From the NCBI GenBank assembly GCA_965372055.1, contig CBDVAV010000001.1, forward strand, positions 1-32,550: a stretch of 32,550 nucleotides of DNA. The letters run 5' to 3'. The stretch's first letter is position 1; each line of letters begins with the position of its first letter. Both the position numbers and the translations under genes were made by a program. The notes beneath the pieces were generated by a model, which was not told where the DNA came from, ran no database searches, and saw nothing but the letters and a program-made list of their open reading frames with translations. Below, piece by piece: positions 16,205-24,125 of the stretch. Origin of the DNA: an uncultured bacterium. Its GTDB lineage: Bacteria > Bacteroidota > Bacteroidia > Cytophagales > Cyclobacteriaceae.

Positions 16205-16270
16205 ATTCCCGAGTTGGACAGGCTGGTGAAGGGCATAAAGGAGTTGGCCAAAGTCGGAATTTGTAAATAG
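16205..16270 (+). pseudogene. Displaced, diverged copy of the 3' end of the aminotransferase gene
   Basis: Encodes IPELDRLVKGIKELAKVGICK*, against ISELDRLVKGIKELAKV* at 6836-6889. There are 9 mismatches in 58 nt, mostly at third codon positions. Confidence 0.8.
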
Positions 16271-16415
16271 AATCCCAATTGTATTTATTTTGAACCTTTC
16301 GGGAACTTTATATAATTCATTAATTGTTATGATGGATTAGGTGATTATTTTGAAATTGATGTTAATCAACAATACCGAAACTAATTTTCAATTGGAACGT
16401 ATACCCGTTTAATTC

Positions 16416-16490
16416 ATGAAAAATAAATTACATTTCTTCTTTTGTTGTTGCTGTTGTAAAATCTATAGCGAGAGGGGAGAGGATATGTAA
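16416..16490 (+). CDS. Poly-Cys leader peptide 1 (24 aa): MKNKLHFFFCCCCCKIYSERGEDM
   Basis: ATG at 16416 and TAA at 16488. Five consecutive Cys codons occupy 16443-16457. The 3' end overlaps a candidate antiterminator strand, and terminator 1 follows. Confidence 0.6.
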   Translation: MKNKLHFFFCCCCCKIYSERGEDM

Positions 16491-16516
16491 TTAGTTACTA
16501 TATGTAAGAATTTACA

Positions 16517-16546
16517 GGCCTTTCCCCAACAGGAAAGGCTTTTTTT
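16517..16546 (+). terminator. Intrinsic terminator 1
   Basis: Stem gcctttcc (16518-16525) / ggaaaggc (16532-16539), 6-nt loop, then a 7-T run at 16540-16546. Confidence 0.8.
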
Positions 16547-16634
16547 ATGATTTTTAATTAAAGCAACAAAGCCAAAGAAATGGCTTCATCAATAATTATG
16601 AAATATAAATTTTACCGAAGTGAAAAATAAAATT

Positions 16635-16694
16635 ATGAAAAACCCGGCAATCGATTGCTGTTGTTGTAAGGCCTGTTCGAAACCTCCGGGATAG
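16635..16694 (+). CDS. Poly-Cys leader peptide 2 (19 aa): MKNPAIDCCCCKACSKPPG
   Basis: ATG at 16635 and TAG at 16692. Four consecutive Cys codons occupy 16656-16667, with a fifth at 16674. Terminator 2 follows. Confidence 0.55.
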   Translation: MKNPAIDCCCCKACSKPPG

Positions 16695-16731
16695 TCCATA
16701 TTGTCTAGCTAGTGAAAAGCTAAATGACCAT

Positions 16732-16759
16732 GGCCTTTCCCAACAGGAAAGGCTTTTTT
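16732..16759 (+). terminator. Intrinsic terminator 2 (near-identical to terminator 1)
   Basis: Stem gcctttcc (16733-16740) / ggaaaggc (16746-16753), 5-nt loop, then a 6-T run at 16754-16759. Confidence 0.8.
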
Positions 16760-16766
16760 GTTATTA

Positions 16767-16837
16767 GACAGCGTGGCCGAGTGGTTAGGTGGAGGTCCGC
16801 AAAACCTTAAACGGCGGTTCGATTCCGCCCGCTGTCT
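16767..16837 (+). tRNA. tRNA-Cys (anticodon GCA at 16799-16801), no encoded CCA, C instead of U at position 33
   Basis: Hand-folded cloverleaf. Acceptor GACAGCG/CGCTGTC with discriminator T. D arm GCC-GAGTGGTTA-GGT. Anticodon stem GAGGT/ACCTT with loop CCGCAAA. Variable loop AAAC. T arm GGCGG-TTCGATT-CCGCC. Confidence 0.8.
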
Positions 16838-16865
16838 CTTTTAAGTGATTTAACCGAGTATAAAT

Positions 16866-18974
16866 ATGAAAAGCTTTAGAACTGAAATTGAAAACCCCGA
16901 AGTTGAAAAAGACATTATTGAATTAGAGAAGAAAATTTATCAATTCAATAATAAAAAAATTGATGAAGAAAAATTCAGGGGTCTTAGGTTAGCAAGAGGA
17001 ATTTATGGTCAAAGACAACCTGGAGTGCAAATGATCAGGATCAAACTTCCTTACGGAAAACTGACAGCAGACCAAATGATACGGATTGCTGATGTCTGTG
17101 ATGAATATTCCAATGGAAATCTCCATACTACCACCAGACAAGATATTCAAATACATTATGTAAGTCTTGATAAAACCCCCGAATTATGGGCAAAACTAGA
17201 GAAAGATGATATTAGCTTAAGAGAAGCTTGTGGAAATACTGTCCGTAATATTACAGCTTCGGCCATTGCTGGAATTGACCCTAATGAACTTTTTGATGTT
17301 ACCCCGTATGCACAAGGGTTTTTTGAATATTTCTTAAGAAACCCCATTTGTCAGGATTTGGGAAGAAAATTCAAAATATCATTTTCATCAAGCGATGATG
17401 ATTCTGCCTTCACATTTATGCACGACATCGGGTTTATTCCCCGGTTGAAAAAAGTTGGAACAGAAGAGGTCAGGGGATTTAAGGTGTTGATAGGTGGAGG
17501 TTTGGGGTCAAGGCCTCTTGTGGCAAAGGTTGCCCATCACTTTCTGCCTGATAGTGAAATTTTACCATTTACTGAATCTGTTTTGAAGGTCTTCGATCGT
17601 TATGGTGAACGGAAACGTAGAAACCGTGCCAGGTTAAAATTCTTGCTTGAAGATATTGGGCTTGATGTGTTATTGAGATTGGCAAAAGTAGAAAGGCCCA
17701 GCAGTGCTTCCGAAATCTTTCCATTTGAAACAGTAGAGAAGGTCTTCCAAACACCTGAAAAAAGAAGTATTGGAGAGGTTACAGTGACCAATAAGTCCAA
17801 ATATAAAGATTGGGTTACGACCAATACATTTGAACAGAAGCAAAAGGGGTTTATGGGTATTAAAATACGGTTGTTGATTGGTAATATAGATACCATGCGA
17901 TTTAGAAAACTTGCCAAGCTGGTTAAGCTATATGCTGGAAATGATCTGCGGGTCACCATCAACCAAGGGTTGTTTATAAGGTTTGTGCCTAAGAAGTATC
18001 TACCTTATTTCTTTAATCAATTGGATGAATTGGGGCTTGCTGAGCCTGGTTTTGATAGTGTTTCTGACATTACTACCTGCCCGGGCACAGATACTTGCAA
18101 CCTGGGTATCTCAAGTAGCACCGGAATGACCCGCGAATTGGAGCAAATTCTAATGGAGGAATATCCAGAGTTGATCCATAATACTGCCCTAAAGATCAAG
18201 ATCAGCGGTTGTATGAATTCATGTGGACACCATTCAACAGCAAGTATTGGGTTGCATGGAAGCACTCTCCGTGTAAAAAACAAAGTAGTGCCAGCCATGT
18301 TGGTCCATCTTGGTGGTGGCCCATTAGGTGCCGGACAGGGTAGTATGGCTGAAAAATTAACAAAAATACCAAGCAAGAGAATCCCTGATGCTTTAAGGGT
18401 TTTGCTTGATGACTACCAGGAGAATGGCCAAAATGGAGAATATTTCAATGCCTATTATTTGAGACAAGGCAAGCTATATTTTTTAAACTTACTTCAGCCC
18501 TTCGCGGTCACTGGTAATTTAATGCCAACAGATTTTATTGATTGGGGCCACAGCGACAATTTTAAAACTGCGATAGGTATCGGTGAGTGTGCAGGAGTCA
18601 CCATAGATCTGGTAGCAACACTGTTTCTGGAAGTAGAAGAAAAACTTGATAATGCATTATCGTCCCTTCAGGATGAAGCTTATGCAGACTCTATATATTT
18701 TAGTTATGCTGCTTTCATTAGTGCTTCCAAGGCGATGTTGATCAGTGGGGGTATTGAGACCAATACTCATGCCGGAATTATTTCCTTGTTTGATGAAACA
18801 TACGTGGATACCAACATAGTTTACATTGATGGGCAGTTCAGCAGCATGGTATTGAAAATGAAGAATACTGAACCAACTGGAAAGTTTGCCGAAGAATACC
18901 TGGCAGAAGCCATGGGATTTCATCAACAATTACAGAAAGCAAGAGAAAACCAATTGATCAATGAAAAGGGCTGA
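16866..18974 (+). CDS. Assimilatory sulfite reductase hemoprotein, NirA/Sir/CysI family, long (702 aa) form
   Basis: Siroheme-[4Fe-4S] cysteine clusters are present: TCPGTDTCNLG and KISGCMNSCGHH. There are duplicated nitrite/sulfite reductase ferredoxin-like halves and a ~140-aa C-terminal extension. Confidence 0.85.
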   Translation: MKSFRTEIENPEVEKDIIELEKKIYQFNNKKIDEEKFRGLRLARGIYGQRQPGVQMIRIKLPYGKLTADQMIRIADVCDEYSNGNLHTTTRQDIQIHYVSLDKTPELWAKLEKDDISLREACGNTVRNITASAIAGIDPNELFDVTPYAQGFFEYFLRNPICQDLGRKFKISFSSSDDDSAFTFMHDIGFIPRLKKVGTEEVRGFKVLIGGGLGSRPLVAKVAHHFLPDSEILPFTESVLKVFDRYGERKRRNRARLKFLLEDIGLDVLLRLAKVERPSSASEIFPFETVEKVFQTPEKRSIGEVTVTNKSKYKDWVTTNTFEQKQKGFMGIKIRLLIGNIDTMRFRKLAKLVKLYAGNDLRVTINQGLFIRFVPKKYLPYFFNQLDELGLAEPGFDSVSDITTCPGTDTCNLGISSSTGMTRELEQILMEEYPELIHNTALKIKISGCMNSCGHHSTASIGLHGSTLRVKNKVVPAMLVHLGGGPLGAGQGSMAEKLTKIPSKRIPDALRVLLDDYQENGQNGEYFNAYYLRQGKLYFLNLLQPFAVTGNLMPTDFIDWGHSDNFKTAIGIGECAGVTIDLVATLFLEVEEKLDNALSSLQDEAYADSIYFSYAAFISASKAMLISGGIETNTHAGIISLFDETYVDTNIVYIDGQFSSMVLKMKNTEPTGKFAEEYLAEAMGFHQQLQKARENQLINEKG

Positions 18975-19788
18975 CAATTTGCCAAGGTTTACTTTAGTCG
19001 GGGCAGGTCCGGGAGATCCCGAACTTATTAGTATCAAGGGTGCAAAAGCAATACAAAAGGCTGATGCCATACTCTATGATGCACTAATCCACAAAGAGCT
19101 ATTGGATTTTGCCCGGGCAGACATACCCAAAATATCCGTGGGTAAAAGAGCCGGAATGGCTGCCATCCTCCAAACTGAAATCAACCAACTGATAGTTGAT
19201 TATGCCATTCGCTATGGTCATGTGATTCGGTTGAAGGGGGGAGATCCCATGATTTTTGGAAGAGGTGCAGAAGAGATAGACTATACGAACAAATTTGGGA
19301 TTCCCTCTGAAGTTATTCCGGGAATATCCAGTGCTACAGGAATTACCAGTTTGATGAAAATCCCTGTTACCAAGCGAAATATTAACCAGAGCTTTTGGGT
19401 AATAACAGGCACCACTAAAACCGGGGATTTATCACGGGATATCCCAATAGCTGCCCAGTCCAAAGCCACGGTCATCATATTGATGGGGGTTAAGAAATTG
19501 AGAGAGATCGTTGCAATTTATAGGTCATTTGGTAGAGAAGAGACCCCTATTGCCCTAATTCAAGACGGTTCGCTTCCAACCCAGAAAGTAGCCTTCGGGA
19601 GAATTGACAATATTTTGTCTGAGGTGAGAGCAAAGAAAATCAGAACTCCTGCCATAATTGTAATTGGAGAGGTTTTGAACACGGTTGAATCGTTATCTGT
19701 TTTCAATGATCTTGAAATTTTATTTGAGAAAGAAGCCATTAATGCAAATGAGTACCAATCAACTATATCCTATATTTCTCAATCTTAA
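18961..19788 (+). CDS. cobA: Uroporphyrinogen-III C-methyltransferase (SUMT)
   Basis: Motifs VGAGPGDPELISIKG, RLKGGDPMIFGRG and IPGISS. The start overlaps the upstream stop by 14 nt. Confidence 0.9.
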   Translation: MKRADNLPRFTLVGAGPGDPELISIKGAKAIQKADAILYDALIHKELLDFARADIPKISVGKRAGMAAILQTEINQLIVDYAIRYGHVIRLKGGDPMIFGRGAEEIDYTNKFGIPSEVIPGISSATGITSLMKIPVTKRNINQSFWVITGTTKTGDLSRDIPIAAQSKATVIILMGVKKLREIVAIYRSFGREETPIALIQDGSLPTQKVAFGRIDNILSEVRAKKIRTPAIIVIGEVLNTVESLSVFNDLEILFEKEAINANEYQSTISYISQS

Positions 19789-20329
19789 AAAGCTACATGT
19801 CCTGATAATTGGCGGTGGTGAAGTAGGATTGGAAAAACTCCGGTTCATGATTTCCAATTCACCGGGGGCACAGGTCGCTTTAGTGGCACCCAAGATCAAG
19901 CCTGGAATTATTGATATATTCAAATCTGCAAACGGTGTGGAACTCCTTGAAAGGCAGTTTAATGAAAAGGACCTTGAAGGAAAGGGGATTATAATTCTTG
20001 CTACCAATAATAACAAACTTAATCTTCAAATAAGAAATATGGCCAGGGCAAAAGGAATACTGGTAAATGTTGCAGATACACCTGAATTGTGTGATTTCTA
20101 CCTTGGTTCCATCGTGACAAAAGGGAATCTTAAAATCGCCATTTCAACCAATGGGAAATCCCCGACTTTCTCCAAAAGAATTCGGCAATTCCTGGAGAAT
20201 TCTATACCTGATGAAACACCTCAATTGTTGAGAAACCTAAATGCCATCAGGGATTCCCTGGAGGGAAATTTGAAAGAAAAAATCCAAGAATTAAACAGCC
20301 TCACCGAAATCCTTGTGAGAAAGCCATGA
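19742..20329 (+). CDS. Precorrin-2 dehydrogenase / sirohydrochlorin ferrochelatase (CysG N-terminal domain-like, SirC/Met8 type)
   Basis: Rossmann motif VLIIGGGEVGLEKL, then NVADTPELCDFYLGSIV. An internal start (MQMSTNQLYPIFLNL) was chosen because the longer ORF overlaps cobA. Confidence 0.8.
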   Translation: MQMSTNQLYPIFLNLKKLHVLIIGGGEVGLEKLRFMISNSPGAQVALVAPKIKPGIIDIFKSANGVELLERQFNEKDLEGKGIIILATNNNKLNLQIRNMARAKGILVNVADTPELCDFYLGSIVTKGNLKIAISTNGKSPTFSKRIRQFLENSIPDETPQLLRNLNAIRDSLEGNLKEKIQELNSLTEILVRKP

Positions 20330-21006
20330 CAAATATTAAAAGTATAACCAAAGAGGAATTGGATTCATTGAATTCAAAATACAAGAACCTTGATCCCAAA
20401 AGTAGAATTGAAGATTTACTTAAAGATTTTCAAACGGATAAGATATTACTGACATCTTCATTTGGGGCAACTTCAATTATGTTAATTCACATGTTTAACC
20501 AAGTAAATCCTAACCAGGTTGTTTACTTTATTAACACTACTTATCATTTCAATGAAACCCTGGATTATCGAAACTTAATCATCGAAAGGTTCGGATTGAA
20601 TGTAAAAGAGTTAAAGGCTGGCGAATATGAGAATAGATTTACCAGAGAATATAAAGCCTGGGAAAAAAACCCGAACATTTGCTGCTTCATTAACAAGGTA
20701 GATCCTTTTAATAGATTAAAACCCAAACATGATGTTTGGGTGTCAGGCCTGATTGGTTTCCAAAATACCTTTAGAAAAGAACTGAACATTTTTGAAAAAA
20801 CAGCGGATATTATAAAATTCCACCCTTTAATAGATCTCTCTAAAAATGAAGTAGCCAATTATATTAAAATGCACGACCTGCCAATACATCCATTGGTTAA
20901 CAAAGGTTATGATTCAATTGGTTGTAAACATTGCTCTATTAAAGGACAGGGTCGTACAGGCCGTTGGCTGAACAATGCCAAAACAGAATGTGGACTTCAT
21001 GTATAA
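20326..21006 (+). CDS. cysH: Assimilatory adenylyl-sulfate/phosphoadenylyl-sulfate reductase (thioredoxin), Fe-S (APS) type
   Basis: PAPS_reduct fold (LTSSFGATS) and C-terminal ECGLH. The cysteine pairs NICCF and GCKHC form the CC...CxxC [4Fe-4S] signature of APS reductases. Confidence 0.9.
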   Translation: MTNIKSITKEELDSLNSKYKNLDPKSRIEDLLKDFQTDKILLTSSFGATSIMLIHMFNQVNPNQVVYFINTTYHFNETLDYRNLIIERFGLNVKELKAGEYENRFTREYKAWEKNPNICCFINKVDPFNRLKPKHDVWVSGLIGFQNTFRKELNIFEKTADIIKFHPLIDLSKNEVANYIKMHDLPIHPLVNKGYDSIGCKHCSIKGQGRTGRWLNNAKTECGLHV

Positions 21007-21194
21007 GTGAAAATCAATAGTTTTATTATTTAGGTGTCAACTTTTAGAGGCATCGGATAATGCTATATATTAACTAAAAATCATATACTTTTGATTGTTA
21101 TTGTGTCAGGTATCACACCCTGTCATACACCAAAATAGTAGTAATCTGATTGCTGGACAGAAATCATGTTTTGATGATATTGCAAAGTGCAACA

Positions 21195-21487
21195 AAGTCA
21201 TTCCTGCGAAGGCAGGAATCCAGAATATGAACCTAATGTTGGGGTTTTAAGGAGTGTACAGCAAAATATGGTGTAAAAAGCCTTGTTTGTTATGAGACAT
21301 TTGATGATCCAATGTCAGCAATTATTCGGGAATAAAGAATGCAGAAATGGTAAAGAGTACGGTAGATCAAGCTTATTGAAAAGTGAATATGAGTTGGGAA
21401 GACTTGTCAAAGCAGTGCTATCACTCAAGCAATTTTCTTCCACTCACCAAATGGTTAACTGGATTCCTGCCTTCGCAGGAATGACTT
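21195..21487 (+). mobile_element. 293-bp MITE-like unit: perfect 27-bp terminal inverted repeats enclosing a decayed GIY-YIG nuclease 3' half
   Basis: 21195-21221 (aagtcattcctgcgaaggcaggaatcc) is the exact reverse complement of 21461-21487. The interior reads GFKECTAKYGVKSLVCYETFDDPMSAIIRE*RMQKW*RVR*IKLIEK.., then NMSWEDL after a frameshift. Confidence 0.75.
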
Positions 21488-21532
21488 AATCGCCAAACTT
21501 CCAATATTTAAGATTGAAATTGATAATAGCCA

Positions 21533-22105
21533 ATGCCAGCAATAATTGAGATAGAAACCAAACGCCTGAAACTTCGACAATGGAAAGTGGAAGACAGGCC
21601 ATCCTTTGCATCCATAAATGCCGACCCTGATGTGATGAGATATTTTCCAAGGATGCTGAGTGCCAAAGAAAGTGATTACATGGTCCAAAGACACCAAAGA
21701 TTAATTGCAGAAAGAGGTTGGGGCTTTTGGGCTTTGGAAATGATTAAAGAAAGGAAATTTATTGGTTTCGTTGGGCTTAATTCCCCTGATTATGATTTGC
21801 CATTTACTCCTTGTGTAGAAATTGGCTGGAGGCTAGCGAGGGAACATTGGGGCCAAGGATATGCCACGGAGGCAGCAAAGGCGTCATTAGGAATTGCATT
21901 TGATAAGCTTAACCTTTCTGAAGTGTATTCCTTTACACCAGTATCAAACACAAAATCCCTGGCAGTGATGGAGAGGTTGGGGATGAACAATACCAATAAA
22001 AACTTCAATCATCCTAAAATTCCAGGAAACAGTCCATTGCGGGAACATGTACTCTATAAGATAGACAGGAAGGCTTGGACAATAGAAGAACCACGGAAGG
22101 ATTAA
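21533..22105 (+). CDS. GNAT-family N-acetyltransferase (RimJ/RimL-like)
   Basis: Motifs IGWRLAREHWGQGYATEAAKA and MERLGM are typical of the Acetyltransf_3 type. Confidence 0.8.
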   Translation: MPAIIEIETKRLKLRQWKVEDRPSFASINADPDVMRYFPRMLSAKESDYMVQRHQRLIAERGWGFWALEMIKERKFIGFVGLNSPDYDLPFTPCVEIGWRLAREHWGQGYATEAAKASLGIAFDKLNLSEVYSFTPVSNTKSLAVMERLGMNNTNKNFNHPKIPGNSPLREHVLYKIDRKAWTIEEPRKD

Positions 22106-22133
22106 CAAACTTGGAAATGAAGTGCTTCCCTTT

Positions 22134-22511
22134 TTACTTTTTAAGGAATTTGAATGTCTTATTGAATTTGGACAATGGATCTTTGATGGCCAATAAGTAA
22201 TAGCCTGGGGCTAAATCCGACACATTGAACCTATAATGGTAATTATCGATCTTTTGAGGCTTCATATCGATGGTATTGCCTATTATATTATAGAGTATCA
22301 ATGTAGGATTTACCACTGCTTTATCAAAAGTTGCTAGATTGACCAAGGTAATATTAAGAAAATCAGTTGTAGGATTAGGATACAGATCAATCTTTACCTG
22401 ATTTAGTTGAGGAAAATCCGATTGTCCAGCAGAGGTTTTGTCTTCCTGTGCCATCACATTAGATGCTGTGCAACAGAAAACCACGATAAATATGTTGACA
22501 ACCCTCATCAT
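22134..22511 (-). CDS. Small secreted protein with a T9SS C-terminal sorting domain
   Basis: Start moved to the signal peptide MMRVVNIFIVVFCCTASNVMAQ. The C-terminus is LYPNPTTDFLNITL...LAPGYYLLAIK. Confidence 0.65.
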   Translation of the reverse strand: MMRVVNIFIVVFCCTASNVMAQEDKTSAGQSDFPQLNQVKIDLYPNPTTDFLNITLVNLATFDKAVVNPTLILYNIIGNTIDMKPQKIDNYHYRFNVSDLAPGYYLLAIKDPLSKFNKTFKFLKK

Positions 22512-22622
22512 ATTACAATTAATCAGTTTTTTATATACAAAAATCAAACCAATATAATAATAGAATGTTCTTTTCGTTTAATCCTTAATTGTTATACGAT
22601 CCAATTTGCAGAAAAGTTGGGA

Positions 22623-24125
22623 CTATAATTCTTCGATTGTTTTAAAAACCTTACTTAAATAATGAATTATATCGGAAGCAATTAAAGCTTGCTCAGATAG
22701 TTCGAAGGCAGCAAGGTCCCCAGCTTTGCCGTGCAGGTAAACCCCCAATATTGCAGCTTTATCAGGAGCATAGCCCTGGGCTAGAAGTCCGGAAAGTATA
22801 CCTGTCAACACATCGCCACTGCCACCGGTTGCCATACCTGGATTGCCCGTATTATTAAAATATATTGAGCCGCCCGGTATTGAAATAGAAGTGTTTGCGC
22901 CCTTTAAAACAACGATTTGACCATGTTTGTCTGAAAATTCTTGTTGAGCATTTAGCCTTTCAAGGCTGTTATTTTGATCACCCAGCAATCTGTCAAATTC
23001 TCCGATATGGGGTGTGATAATTGAATTTACAGGCAATAGTTGGATCATCTCCCTGTTAGCAGCTAAAATATTGATGGCATCTGCATCAACGATCATTGGG
23101 TGCGGCCAATTTTGCAACAGTTCTGAAAAAGCCCTCCTGGTCCTGTCATCGGTACCTATTCCCGGTCCAATGGCAATAGTATTGAAATTTTCCAGATCAG
23201 GTAAGGATGAAAAGATATCTTCATCCCTATCCGTGGAAACCATGGCTTCAGGAACACCATTTTGTAATATTTGGTAACCGCAACGGGGGCTATGAATGGT
23301 TAACAATCCTGCTCCAGTCCTCATACAAGCCCGTCCTGCCAAAACTGCTGCACCCATTTTCCCATATCCTCCACTGATAAGCAATGCGCGGCCAAAATTC
23401 CCTTTATGGGAATGTTTTTCCCGTTTCCGGTACCAATTTTGGATCATCTGTTCTTCTGTAATGAAAAAATCACTTTCCTGTTTTTCGATAAAATTTTGAT
23501 CCAATCCAATATTCACTGTAGTCCAATTTCCAACATGGGCATGGTTCTCTTTCAGGAAAAAAGCCAGCTTCGGAAGCTGAAAAGAAACAGTGTGATCCGG
23601 GGTAACTATGGAATTACCTTGGGCTACATCATCACAAAACAAACCAGAAGCTATATCAATAGAAACTACTCTGTTAGGCTTTTGGTTAATAAAATCAATA
23701 ACTTCCGCGTAAAAGCCCTCAACTATTCTATTAAGGCCAGAGCCGAACAGCCCTTCAATTATGATATCCTCAGGATTAATTTCAGGCAAATCAGATTTAT
23801 TCCTGATTTCCCGAATTTCGGTTATTTTCCCCAACCTCCCAAGATTAATCTTAAAGTCTTCCGATCCTCCCTCACTTACCCTAACAACGTACACGGCAAC
23901 CTCATATCCCGCTTCAATCAATAGCCTTCCAATAGCAAGTCCATCGCCACCGTTATTTCCGGTTCCACAAAAGATGTTGATATTATTTTGATTCTCGAAG
24001 TTTTGTAAAAACCAGTTGATGAATGCAGTAGATGCATTTTCCATCAGATCAATAGAAGCGATTGGCAGGTTCTTTATCGTATATTGGTCTGCTTCCCTTA
24101 TTTTAGGAGCTGACAAGATTTTCAT
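22623..24125 (-). CDS. nnr: Bifunctional NAD(P)H-hydrate repair enzyme (epimerase + ADP-dependent dehydratase)
   Basis: 500 aa. The YjeF-N half has FCGTGNNGGDGLAIGR and the carbohydrate-kinase half has GNPGMATGGSGDVLTG. Confidence 0.9.
   Translation of the reverse strand: MKILSAPKIREADQYTIKNLPIASIDLMENASTAFINWFLQNFENQNNINIFCGTGNNGGDGLAIGRLLIEAGYEVAVYVVRVSEGGSEDFKINLGRLGKITEIREIRNKSDLPEINPEDIIIEGLFGSGLNRIVEGFYAEVIDFINQKPNRVVSIDIASGLFCDDVAQGNSIVTPDHTVSFQLPKLAFFLKENHAHVGNWTTVNIGLDQNFIEKQESDFFITEEQMIQNWYRKREKHSHKGNFGRALLISGGYGKMGAAVLAGRACMRTGAGLLTIHSPRCGYQILQNGVPEAMVSTDRDEDIFSSLPDLENFNTIAIGPGIGTDDRTRRAFSELLQNWPHPMIVDADAINILAANREMIQLLPVNSIITPHIGEFDRLLGDQNNSLERLNAQQEFSDKHGQIVVLKGANTSISIPGGSIYFNNTGNPGMATGGSGDVLTGILSGLLAQGYAPDKAAILGVYLHGKAGDLAAFELSEQALIASDIIHYLSKVFKTIEEL

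Noticed and set aside
16598-16624. Tiny ORF MKYKFYRS between the two poly-Cys leaders
   Set aside because: It has no Cys codons, no associated structure and no evident function. It is likely fortuitous in AT-rich sequence.
16416-16694. Poly-Cys mini-ORFs as RiPP precursors or metallothionein-like peptides
   Set aside because: No modifying enzyme or transporter genes are adjacent. Each ORF is immediately followed by a terminator, and both sit upstream of cysteine-biosynthesis genes, so attenuation is the simpler reading. This alternative is not formally excluded.
19685-19741. Longer N-terminus (MNRYLFSMILKFYLRKKPL) for the SirC-like gene
   Set aside because: This stretch overlaps the cobA 3' end in another frame and precedes the Rossmann fold by an unconserved tail. 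The internal ATG at 19742 was preferred, though the exact start is not certain.
21283-21697. ORFs 21283..21489 (+) and 21455..21697 (-)
   Set aside because: The first is an out-of-frame read through the decayed GIY-YIG remnant, ending in the hairpin-derived IPAFAGMT. The second is antisense to the GNAT gene start and begins in the hairpin (..SFLRRQESS). Neither has independent support.
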